From the NCBI RefSeq assembly GCF_026571515.1, contig NW_026857083.1:248001-312000 (forward strand): a stretch of DNA of 64,000 nt, in the 5' to 3' direction. The stretch comes from Ruditapes philippinarum (lineage: Eukaryota). The notes below the pieces were generated by a model that saw nothing but the letters and a program-made list of their open reading frames with translations, made no database searches and had not been told where the DNA came from. Each line of letters opens with the position of its first letter. Position 1 is the first letter of the stretch. Position numbers and translations under genes: made by a program. This document shows positions 1 through 13,100 of this stretch, in pieces.

Positions 1-484
1 TTCATCCTTTAGTATAACAATTATCATTGAATTTACAGGTATCTTCAGTATCAGTTATAATTATACATGTACTTATGTTTCAAAATCTCATCAAAATCTC
101 ATTTAAAAAATTATTTTGAAAAGGGAGATGACTTCACAGCCATAATGAACATTATTAAAATCTAGAAGTGAAAATCGCAGACTGTGAGACAGAGTCTGTT
201 CATGAGCGTCAATAAAATGTACAACATCACATTCTCCTTGCACCATATTATGACTTTAATTTCTTTCACAATCTAAAAGTAATCACTTATAGGGAAACAA
301 TGTGTAAGCTCTGCCATTAAAGCCAAAGAATAGGAGTAAGGTTTCTGTTTAAAATTTTGTCTTGTTTTCATTTTTCTCCTCTCTAGATTACAAAATGATA
401 GTAATGTCATTCCATGACTCACATGTCAGACACACTTAAGAATTAATAGCAATGCATGTACATTTTGTATGTATCACAGCTTAC

Positions 485-2720
485 CTTGCCATTGTCCATA
501 TGGATTACTGGCATCTGTACTTGGTTGCTGCTGTTTCCTACCAGATTCTTTAGGCATATTCTTTACTATACCATACTCATCATCAATTTTACACATCTTT
601 CTAAACCATTCACTGTGTAAACATGACAAAACATAATGTAATAGAAGTATGTCATACTTGATACAATTGCTGCTTTTTTTTCAAGTAACTTGATACAATA
701 ACATTAAACAGATGAATTTGATTGTTTCAAATTTCAGTTCAAGTTAAAGCTGAATTACAGCATTATCTTTTCATGTTGGTTTTATCTTTTAACAGTGAAA
801 ATTATATCCCATCCTCTCATTGTTTTTTTTCCTTTAAACATGGATCCACTGAAAACTTCCCAAAATTGCTTTTTTATCCAAAATTGTCAAAAAAAGTTTT
901 TCGGGAAATTAACAAGGACTCATATTTTTCCAAGAATTAAAATACTGTCCTTATCAGTAGATGAAAACAGCTTAATTTTATATCAAAAGCTACCTTTGTT
1001 AGAATTGTTTCACTTACATTTATTTGCCCATAGCACCAAATGAGGGAAAAAAGATCTATACTATTTACTATAATACATTTGTATATATTTGGAAATATGA
1101 CCCAGTTTCAGCACTAAATCAGCCGAAAACAATTCAAGAAGTGACAACATATAACTATTTCATTTAATGATTCCTTATCTAGTTATAAACATATTTATTC
1201 TTTAAGTTGAATTGTGGAGCAAGTTAAATGCAAACTTATTTATCAGTTTTGAGCCCACTTTCCCATACATGTACCTAACCCTAGAACAAACAATCAGTCG
1301 GACTAACCTAAAATCAATGAAACTAGTATATAGTGAAATTGCAACCTTCAATTTCTACGTTAGTTTAATAATATTTCAACAACTTACCTTCTGTCATCTT
1401 TCTGTGGCATATTACCCTGGTCAGATATAAACATATCATGTGTTCTTTTTAAGGAACGGAACACCAGCGTGTGCACTGAATGCTTCTGTACATCCTGAAA
1501 GATTATGCCATAAACTCAATACATCTCATGTCTGTTTATATACAAATATATAATCAGATGAAAAACAACAACAATAAAAGTATTCTTCTTCTAGTTCTAC
1601 TTGATACTCTGAAACAATCAATGAAGATTATGACTGGGAGCACTGTCACAGAAGATCATTATTAGTCAAAAATCATGTAAAAGGTGGATAAGGTGCATCA
1701 GCTAAAAGATAATTTGATAAAATAAAACAGATAAAGAAAATCATTGGTAGGATTTTTAAGTGCTATCCATTGCAAACCTTTCTGAGGATGTTTCTTACCA
1801 GATTCTAAGCACTTAACATTTAACGGGGTTAAATTCCATGACCCAATCTCTCTCCCAAGCTTCTAATTTATGGAAATCGATTTGCATGAAGATGAAGTGA
1901 TTGTCATGTAAATGACAGAATCATCAGCAATGAGTCTTAATTTGGATTTTGGGACATTTTGTTGATTAATGAAAAGAAGAAAAGAGTACTGAGGACAGGG
2001 AGTTCCTTATCGTCGAGTGACCCATTTTTACGCTGCCCTTTTTCAACGCCATTTAAATTTTGCCTCATAATTGATATAAGCGACCACTTACTTGTCTTTA
2101 CAAGTGTACTACGCTATAGCAAAAGGGGATTCCTCTAGTTGGTTAGGTAACAATATGTAATAAGTAAAACACACAAAGATAATATTTAGCATGTTATACC
2201 TTATTTTAGAGATTTTTGTATGATTTTACTAATGCAATTTTGACCCTCACTTTACAATGTCATGTTACTGGTCACTCAAGGATATAAGTGTGACACTGTA
2301 TAGGGGTGAGGAAGGAGTACACTGAGCGAATCAAGGTTTTGGTGAAAGGGTTACACTTTCCGTTTCGGACTGCATATCATAAACCGAATCCTCAAAATCA
2401 TTCCTTTAATTTCCTCAGTAATGTGGAGATAATGAGTTTATCTGTCTCGTAGTCTTTGTTATTGTGGGTAAATAGCTTATAAGCTAATGTTTCTTGTAAT
2501 ATGTAAACCGACTTAAAATAAAGTTTCTTGTATCTTGTATCTTGTATACGATAGGCATACGTCCTGTGAGGGGTTGGTTTTTTTGCTGTTAATTTGTAAC
2601 CCTAAAATAGTCATATAATATTACACCGTAGCATGTGGTAACTAAAAGATTATTAAAGAGAATAGCAATTTTAAGTTTTATCATAGATATATATCTTTAA
2701 AATCAAATTACCTCTGTCAT
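485..2720 (-). CDS. PLRG1: Pleiotropic regulator 1 (Prp46 homologue, NTC/Prp19 complex WD40 protein); first three coding exons, gene continues off the left edge
   Basis: Exons 2720-2712 (MTE), 1494-1388 ([35 protein letters not shown]) and 612-485 ([21 protein letters not shown]...) with GT-AG borders and consistent phases. [21 protein letters not shown] matches the conserved PLRG1 N-terminus as I recall it. Confidence 0.95.
2430..2547 (+). mobile_element. 3' tail remnant of a retroelement ending AATAAAGTTT(CTTGTAT)n
   Basis: AATAAA followed by a CTTGTAT repeat. A related copy in reverse orientation lies at about 32733-32840 (tacaagatacaaaatacagg..ctttatttta..ggtttaca). Confidence 0.45.
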
Positions 2721-4191
2721 CTTGTGAAATTTAAGTAAACCAAACAAAACAAAATTATCGGTGCATGGGAGCTGCCATTTTATATTGTACTTACAAAAAC
2801 AGTTGACGATAATTTCGTACCAATAATTTATGTACTCATAAATAAATCAAAATTTTGCAAAGATATAATAGAATATAATGATTCAGGACTAAAAGTATTT
2901 TGTTGTGGCTTATTTTTCTGTTCAATTTGTAAAAATGTTAAATTTGGAATCTTTTTGTATTCTACTGATGTACCACAGCAATGTATGATAGTAAGTACAA
3001 TTAAAAGAAAAAGAGGCTACTAACTGACGGGTTCCTGTTTACGGTCTCTAAAGTATTTTTTTCGGACATTATGAAATAGAAATTTTAATACCGTCTTGTT
3101 ATTTATGGCTTAATGAACAAATTGAATTCTTTGCAAAACAATATCATGTAATGATTTCTGGATGTGTTTTTTTTATTTGCTATCTACTCATCTAATTGCA
3201 ACGTCCGGTCATCACGGGAACAGTACAGTATTTAGTCAAATCTAAAATCAAGGGAGGTAATATGGAGTTAAGCGTCACAAAGTTCGTCTGTATTTCTCAT
3301 TTTAATATCATCTTTCTTCCTGACATCTGATGTTTCTCTTTTATGGTTCAACCCATGCCATGCACTACATGTTGCTGTAGAAAAATGATTGAAAAAAATA
3401 ATAAAAATTGACACAATTTTCATCTGAGTCACTCAATTTGCGTCCTCATTAAGTCCTTAGGCTAAGCAGCGAAAGGACAGACCTGGATCTCTCTATTCAT
3501 AAGACTCATTCAGTGAATTTTTCCTAGTAGGTATGGTAATCAACATTTATACGCTGCTGGCTTAAGCACGTTGACTGAAATATTTTGCAACACATGTGTG
3601 TCACAGAGATGTGTGTTATTTATTTATCCTGGGACTAATAATGTAACTTTCTGTCACAGATTTATCTTGTGCCCTCAATATACTATTAAATGTACAATCA
3701 TTGTCCAATCAATAACTTGTATATATGGCACTGTGACAGGCAAGTCAGAAGTGTAGATAACTGTTATCTATGTCTCTAAATATAGTGTAATCTGATTTAT
3801 TAACTATCTCGTGTGCACCACTTAATTATCACATGCGTACAACTTAGTAACTCACGGCCACAACATAGTATCTTGTGCCCACTACTTAATTATCTTGTTC
3901 GCTTAACTCAGTAACTCGTGTCCACGACAAAGTATCTCATGCACACAACTTTATTATCTTGTGCATAAGACTTATTAACTTGTGCCCACAACTTAATTAT
4001 CTTGTGTGCACGACTTGATAACTTGTGGCCATGACATAGTATCTGGTGCGGCCACAACATAGTATGTGGTGTGCACCACTTACTTATCTTGTGGGCACCA
4101 CTTAGTAACTCTTGGGCACAAAAATCTTGTGCGCATGAGATAAATCAAAACACACACATCTCCTCTGTGCCACAGTAGATTTGTTATTCAG
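2721..4191. promoter_or_regulatory. Divergent (bidirectional) promoter and 5'UTR region between PLRG1 and MCMDC2
   Basis: The two start codons face away from each other about 1.5 kb apart. YY1-like GCCATTTT at about 2774. Candidate plus-strand UTR donors near 2991, 3257 and 3531, and an acceptor at 4191. TSS positions not determined. Confidence 0.55.
3800..4140. repeat. Degenerate tandem repeat of about 21-22 bp (ttatcttgtgcccacaacttaa-like)
   Basis: Recurring (a/t)tcttgtg..cac.act motifs just upstream of the first MCMDC2 coding exon. Confidence 0.7.
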
Positions 4192-4196
4192 ATTGA

Positions 4197-7100
4197 ATGG
4201 AGGAATGCGTGATCAGACAGTTAGAGGAACAGTTGGGATATTTTGATGCAATAGTGCAGTACCTAGATGTCAGTGGTAACCTAACACTTCTGAAGGCACA
4301 ATGTGAAAAATATGCTAAAACAAAGGTTGTTTCATTGCTGTTCCATATTATCATATCAATATTAATATTAAAATTTTCTTATAAGTTAATGAGATTTTTC
4401 ACATGTTGTAAAGTAATAAAATGTTTCTAAGAAAGAGGTATATCTAATATATTACATGACCTATTGTAATGAATTAAAACTTATTGTGTATGTGTAGTTT
4501 GTATAGTAGCCTTTGGAATACACTACAATTTCAGAGAGTATTCTTTTTATCTTAATTTGCTTAAATTGATGATTTGTACAACAAATGACTTGTGTTATGT
4601 TAGTCTTGAGGTAAAATTTTACTTTCAGAGCTTGGTGTATACATTCAAATTGCTGATTGATCCGTCAGACATATGTGAAGCTAATGGTAGTATGGTTTAA
4701 ACATTCATTTTAGCATGATTGTGATAAAAGATTTAAGCATATCCAAACCACTATTAGATCTGCTTCCTGGAAGTGAGCAGTGCTGGTGTCACATAAGGAA
4801 ACATTGTCATGACCCCAGAAGGACTCAAATATACAATGCCTTGGTTGAGAGGCACCTTAACAATAAGGTTATCACTCACCTTAATCTACTGAATTTTGTA
4901 TAATGAATTAGTCCTTCTTTGACATTGGAGCAATCCATTTGAAATTTTGGAGATTTCATTATCAGATACAAAAGTTTAGCTACCATAGTTAGAGCTTGGT
5001 AAGACTTCACAGATATAAAGGTTGGCTTGGCTATATACTGTTGGCTAAGGGTGATGACTTTGGTTTCTGTTGGTTAAGTGTTCAGTTAATGGTTTGTTAC
5101 AACATTATCAGATGAAATTCTGTTATTTGAGTATGACCTTATCATTACATGATTCTTTATAATCAAACAATAATTAATGATTAGGCACTGGCCTGTGTCT
5201 GCTATATTGTAAAATTTTAGAAAGCACTAATGTTCCACTGTGATGCACAGGAATCATACCAGTTAACTGATGTACCATAAAGACAGGAATTTATATATGA
5301 GGTACATAATTATATTAAATGCAGAACATCCAAAACGAAATATTTTTGAATTTTCAGCTATTTTAGGTAACTTGTTGTTACGGGAACCAATAACCGCAAC
5401 TGATGTTTTTAAGCAAGTAAGTGAATATGTAAAGCCAGTGATAAAGGCTGCTGTTAAAACTTAAAACCTTCCTGTTTAATAAAGTAATTAATATTAAGTA
5501 TATCTATTGTTCTAAAATTATTATTTAAAATCAAATTTCATGCAGACAGGAAATATGGTACAGCTTTATTTAACAATGAAAGATAGTGCTTGGTAGGGAT
5601 ATTTAAATCTTCAACTGTACAATTTTTATGTCTATTATGTTTTCCAAATTAGTAAATCCTACAATCTTAAAAAGAACTTTAATTTTTTGTTCGATTTTGA
5701 ATTTAATTACATATTACATCCATATTTTATTTGCTTTAAAAGATGTACATTTCACAGCTATCATTTGCAATTACTTTTGTGTGTGTTTGAACAACAAAGA
5801 AAAGGGCATCGTAAGTACATTTGTTAAAACATCCATAGATTAATTTTGTCAGTACATGTAAGTCAAATGAAGATTTTAATCTTAAATAAAATTTAGCAAA
5901 GAATATCCATTCCCAGATGCTTTTGTAGGTATTATTTAAAAGGTGTCTCAAGTCTTTTTGCCTATTTAGGATTTCGCTTTTTGCCATCATATAAACTAGA
6001 CATTTTCCTGGTTTTGTAGGTTATCTACAAAGCAATACAAGTTTTGGAATTATTGCCTGAAACAACATCATTATCTCAAGTTGCTGTGATCCTAAGACTT
6101 TCATCTCTTCCTGTTCTACCAAAATTGTAAGTTTTTTTCTTTAGAAAACCTAATGCACCAGTTAAATTAAAACACCCTAGGCTCCCCTTTCACAAAATCT
6201 ATGTCATTGTGGAAGACAACAGGAAATGAGTCTGGTTTTTTACTGCCATAAATCTCTGCATTGTCAGGTTTGTAGGATAGTTTTGATTTTAGTGCCAAAA
6301 ATAGCCAAGATTTGTCTTAGTTTTCAGTTGCATAGGTAAGTAGCAAGAACTTTATTATCATTCTGTCTCTGCAGGTCAGGTCTCCTTGACTTGGGGTTTC
6401 ATCATTCAAAATTAAAAGTCCAAGCTGTATTCTTTTTCATCAACATTTCATTTTGACATTGTATGTTATGAGGTCATTTTTAAAGAGTTACTCTCGATGG
6501 TTCTATCAAAGTCTTTGTATAAACCATAAATAAATCAAATTGAGTTTTTACAAAAGTATTTGATGTACAATAAAGTTACACGTTTGGTTATTTTTTAATT
6601 GTGGCTAGAGTACATTGTTTAGCTTTTAAGCTCATTAGATTACTTTTTATTAATTAATTTTATCTTTCAATTAATTTTATCTTTCAACTCGTATTTAGAA
6701 CATTGTTGTTCTTAATTTTTAGCTCGACTATTTGATAAGAATAAGTAGAGCTATTGTAGTCACCCGAGCGGCTGCGTTGGCGTCGGCGTAACCACTTGAT
6801 GTTAAAGTTTTTGTAATAGTTTAAATATTTTAAAAGTCCATTGACATATGGCTTTGAAACTTTGCGAACTTGTTCACCATCATTACCCCAACCTGTAGAC
6901 AGGAGGAGGTAACTCTATCAAGCATTTTAACAGAATTATGCCCCTTTTTCGACTTAGAATTTACGTTAAAGTTTTTGTAATACCTCAAATATTTTCAAAG
7001 TCCATTGACATATGGCTTTGAAACTTTGCACACTTGTTCACCATCATGACCCCAACCTGTAGACAGGAGGAGGTAACTCTATCAAGCATTTTGACAGAAT

Positions 7101-10100
7101 AATGCCCCTTTTTCAACTTAGAATTTACATTAAAGTTTTTGTACTACCTCAAATATTTTCAAAATTCATTGACATAAGGCTTTGAAACATGTTGAAATTT
7201 TATACTCTTCTTTGAGAGCATAATAGGACTCTCTCCAAGGCCTATAACTGAAAAATAGATTTAAAGTAAAATTTTGCCTTTTTCTTTACTGAGAAAATTT
7301 TACCTTTTAATCAAGGCATTTTTTACTATCAAGCACTAAGAATAGTCGAACGTTGCTGACGTCCTACCGACAGCTCTTATTATATCTACAAGACAATGTT
7401 AAATGCCACTTTTGGAAAGAAAGAATATGCTGGTAACAGTTCATAGCTAAATTATGCAAATAGTTTGTTATTTTTTCAGAAACATGATAGAGAATATTAG
7501 ATGTTTATCCAGAGTGCATGATGCTAGAATATTTTGTAGTCTTACTGGTGTTGTAACAGGGTTGTCAGATGTGTCTAAGTATACGTAAGTATGGCTTTTG
7601 AAACAAATATTACATTACAACAGCTGTTTCAGAATAAAAGAGAGTACAACCATCTCAAAATATACATAAGTACAGCTGTGCAGAAATACAGCATGTTATT
7701 ACAGTGTTGTTTCAAAATGTACGTAAGTACGGCTTTGTCAACACTTACAAGGATGTAGGTATATCCTAACAGTTGTGTAAAAGAAATAAATGACATCGTA
7801 TACAAGTGTACATGTACACCTGTGCCAAAATGTTGACATACATGTATGTTCATTTGTGTCATTGAATAGAAAATTGCATCGTACAGTCTCTGGAAACCAG
7901 TTTCATTAGGCAAGATTGATGTAGACAGTGGAACAAATAAATTGAAATTAAGCTTCTTGTAGGTTAATATGTTAGAATTACTGAGAAATTATCATCAAAA
8001 TATTATTCTAGACTTATTGAGAGGCTGAGTTAGGTTCGTTCTATTTTTGTCACCTTTAATATGTGGTAAAACTATAGACATTTTTTATAGTGATTATCTC
8101 ACACCTTTAATATTATCTATAAAATGGACACCGCTGTGGGTTCGAATCTCGACAGAGCCTTTGGATTCTTTCATGTGAGGAAGCTATCCAGCTTGCTCAC
8201 GGAACGTCAATTGTTCTACTCGGGTGTCCGTTCGTGCCTGAAATAATGCACAGAAGGTCACCTGATGTCTTTCTCCACCAGTAAAGCTGGAACGTTGCCA
8301 TATGACCTATACTGTGTCGGTGTGACGTAAAACCCAATAAATCAGACAAACAAAATGGACACTCAAATATACATTAAAGTAACTTAATATAAATCTTCAC
8401 TGTCACTACAGTTTTCTGTTCTTTTGTCAAAAATCTCAATACTTCAGCTAATACTTAGCTATCTATATTAAAACTTCCAGGTTGAGTGCCAGGTATTACT
8501 GTACAGATGAAGATTGTCAAGGTCACCACGGTAACCATTTTATAAGAATACATACTCCAGGGGCATCAGAAGCTCAAACTGTCAGGTAAATATATTAATT
8601 TGTAATAATTTTGTCTCTATGTCAACTTTAACCTTTATGTGAATACAAAGAGAATTTCAGATTTATGTATGCCAGTTAAAATATAGCCAGTTTGAACAAG
8701 TTTTATTTTGTGGGTTTGCCTCAGGTTTGTAAGATTTGTAATTTTGTTGGGGTTAAATTTAAGTAATTTGTGGGGATTTATTTGTTATTCATTTGAGAGG
8801 GTTTAATTTAATTTATTTGTGGGGGTTTAAGAAAAAATGTTGTTTTTAGAAAATGTCAAAATGTCCCTATTTAGAATATAAATGCAAGTAAAAATCACTG
8901 CACACAACATGGCTTTCCCTCACAAGTTCAGTTTTTTTCAGCAAATAAGAGCCAATTATTAAACATTTTCAATGATATATTAGTAATTAATTTAAGACAT
9001 ACATGTACTGGTATATAAAGCATTAGATGTTGTAGCAGTTTAGAAAAGGCTGTTGTGTAACCTGTATTGAAAAAAAAAAAAAAAGACAAAACAATTTAGA
9101 CACAATCTTATTTTTTGATAACTACAATGTATTTAGTTCTTGAGGCATTATTATTTTCAGGAAAGATTTCAAATGCAGTTTCTGTTCTCTAACCTTGACA
9201 GAGGAAAAGTCAAGCAGGACTTTATCAGGTAAATATGCATCAGCCTTAATGTCCAACAAATTTGTATGACTTGATATTGACTAGTTTGCTTGTAAATAAA
9301 CAGCTGCAAAATTCATGATAATTTAGGAGATAAAAATAGTTCAAACTTTTTGAGTAAAATTTATTATTAATTTATTATAGCATTAATTGGTATGATTAAT
9401 ATTGAAATAAAAAAATTAATTTGATATGTTGGTAATTGATAGTACTATATGGTGAAATATTATGTGTTATTAGTTATATTCCAAAAATGATCAGAATAAA
9501 GCCAGGTTGGTGACTATCAAGTACAAATGTCCAACCAATTATCTTTGGAAACAAAGTAGTTTCTGTAAGTTTATGAATCAGAAAAATAATCTCATCCTGT
9601 GTTACATGAAATATTGTTTCTCCGCATATTTTGATTCACTTGTAATGTAATTCCATTTCATCAGTGTTGCTTTTTGATCACACTTGTATATAATGTAGAA
9701 TGTCTTTCTATTGTTTCATATTTGTTCATGAAGGGCTTTTCTCTCAGGGGCCCTTCCCTTAAATTTGGAGGGGTAGGGAAGAATATCAGCAAATTGGTAA
9801 AATGGGATTAGAAAATACTTGATATAAACTGATTTTAGGGGAAACTGTGTGATTTTAAAGATTTTATTCTTGAAAGGGGAGGCAAACCTTAAATAGAAGG
9901 GGAAAAGACCTGACATACAATAGATGTGGCTGAAATAGGCACAAAATAATTTACAATAACATATTTCTTTGCAATAATTATCAATAGTTTTTATGCTATC
10001 AACAGAAAAGGTGGTTGCGGAGGTAATTCCTGAACAGATCATGTCAGAAATTCATTCTCATAGCTGTAAAAGATCTAGGGGACAGGCCATACCTGTCTAT

Positions 10101-13100
10101 ATTAGAGGTATGATGCATTTCTTCTGTTGAGATATATTATAAAATATACCACATAGATACTTAAAAAGCCATACCAGACGAATTCTTAAATTTACTTTAT
10201 TTGTAAACATGAAAGTTATTTCTTCATGTAAAACACTTAAAATTTTCATAAAAATTGCATACAATTGTATGTCTTAAGAATCCAGAATATGATTTTTAAT
10301 CCATTCTTAAATTGCACTATTGAAATGTCAGATTTTTTTTTCTCCCTGAATTATATGTAACAGAAGTCACACATATATTACAGATGATCTGACCAAACTT
10401 GTAGAGATTGGAGAAACATATGAGATTATTGGCATCAGTAGGAAAGATGTACTTGATGACAAAATTATGCTGACACTTGAGGTATTTCCATGTTTCATGG
10501 CCATAAACTTTTTTCACTTTAAACATTTATTATTATAGCTTCATTTTTACAAATGTTTAAAGCTTATTCAATCCACCACATTGTATGCTTCCAAGAACTA
10601 GTGTCACATAAAATGAAGCATGACCCTAGTATCATGGCTTTTACCCATGGTCCTTGGGCTAAAACATAGACATCTTGAGGCTGCCATTCATCTTTTTCAA
10701 TATCTTTAATCATTAAATAGCCAAGTGGTTATGGTTTCTGTTAAGTTCTAATTACTTGTCCCTCTTTCCTACTTTAGATGATACTGAATTCTATCATGTG
10801 AGGAAACTATCCAGCTAGCTTACAGAAGGTTTTATTTTATTTCCCTAAAATAATGGACAGATGCAGTAAAAGCTAGAAAATATATCATTATTATCTTTAA
10901 TTAAAAGACTTATTTATGTTTGGTGTAATTATGTTGAAGTTAATGATCAAAAGGGCACTGTTACTTACAGCTAAAACTGTTTTTATTTTTTAGGCAAATA
11001 ACATTAAGAAGGTAAGTTACAATAGTTTAAACATTGTTTTTGTATTTCACTTTTAATATGCTGTAAAAATAAATAAAGTTATATCTAAATGGCAGTTCAG
11101 AATTCCTCCATATCAATTCTTTCAACAATACTAGTTGCAACTTATTAAAGAAAAAAAACCACCATTTTGTTTAAAACTGAATCATTATTTTGACACACTG
11201 GACTACTAAGACAGCAGAATTACCCCAATATTTATTTAAGAACTATGTCTAGTGAATGAGATTGATGTTTTACAGATAAAGACAGAGATATCGGCCAGTA
11301 AACTGTTGAAGGAGTTACCCAGAAACCTTTTAACAATTTACAAAGGTAAAGCTATATATGATATTCATTTCTATATGTTTTGTTCAATGTTTATCTATTT
11401 TTATATATATTTTATTTAAGTTTTATCTATTCATATCAAATAAATAATATATGCATATTCTTATATACAGTGGTAAGGAACCTTTTGGTGCTAGAAATGG
11501 AACTGTATTGGCATTAATGACACTCGGGATATCTAAGTAGCTGCATTAGCAATTTGTTATAGTATACATGTTATGCAAAGAAAAGTGAAAATGTTTATAT
11601 ACTTGAGCAAGAAGTGTGAGGAAAATAAATGAATAATCAGTAATTATTACTAGAATAATGAAAGTATTTGAATTTATTACATTAAGCATGTAAAGATATA
11701 CAAATCACATATGTAGTCATCATTGTTTGACACATGTTTTGCATTTTATTATTTTCAGATAGGAAATCATCACCTTGGAGCTTTGTCCTGACATTAGCCT
11801 ATTTGTTTGGAGGTAATTATCTTACTTTTATCTTAATTTTATGTCTGAAAACACCGTTGACGTCACAGATGACAGGGTTCGTACAGTCTTAAAAAGTGCT
11901 TAAATTTCAGTCCCTTTCTTAAAAAGTGCTTAAAAATGATAAAAAGTGCTTAAAAGTCCTTGAATTTGATTATTCTCTTGAAAAGTGCTTAAAAAATGCT
12001 TAAATTTGCTACAAATGTGCTTGAAAATGATTGAATGACAGAAAAGTGTCGGTAAAAATCAATAGATAGTTACAATGTACCAAAAAAAAAAAACAATAAA
12101 TAAAGATCTTGTTCAGTACCAAAATCAATGTTTGCTCAATGTAACAGACACAAATTGCAGTTAATTTGCACTTCACTTCAACCCCTCTATAATGCTCATG
12201 TTGTGTTCCAAGGTTTCAACACAGAATTTAGCCAGATTCTGATATGTAGCCCTCATCGCAAGATCATCGCAATACCCCACTCACTGCGATTTTGTATAGT
12301 GCTAATGATTTTTACTTAACCATTCAAATCTTAACCATTCAATGAATATTGACATTATTTTTGTAAGACAATTTACTGACAGACAGAAAACTTTACTACT
12401 AATGTAGATATATATCATATTATCATGTTATAGTATTTATATTTAAAATAAACGCAAAACCTACAAGAGAGCGTGATATATTGAAGTTAGGGTTTTACCA
12501 GGGGGCCATAAAACAGGGTGGCAGTTTAAGTATCTTTCTTGTTATTCTATAGGAACTATTAAAGTGTACTGTAGCCAGAAAATGTGTTTTCAACAAAAAA
12601 TGACTTATAAATTAATACTGGTTAAACATTGTGTAGGATAGACACGCAACAAATTGTGCTTGAAAAATGGAAAAACATGCTTAAAAAGTGCTTAAAAATT
12701 CCTTGAATTTTGATACTGGATGTCTGTACGAACCCTGAATGATACTTTATAATACAATGTAGTATAAATTGAAAATTAAAAAATTTGGCAATTATAATTA
12801 TGAATATTACATGTATAGAAATTACAAGACTTAGTATTTTGTTAAATTTCAGGTGAAATTAGTCCTCCAGGATGTCATTTCAGTTTAAAACTTGCAATAT
12901 TACTGAGTCTGGTGTCCAAAAAGGATACAAAGGTAAAATTCTACTGTCATATAAACCCTTTTCCTGCTGAATTTTATTAAATGGACTAGTCCAGCTTCAC
13001 AATTTTGCACAGTCTATTATCAGTTTCGGGGATGTCACAATGAAACATTAGTCAGCCAGCAGCATTATAAGGAGCCTGTTTTGGCAGCACAATTGTGTAT

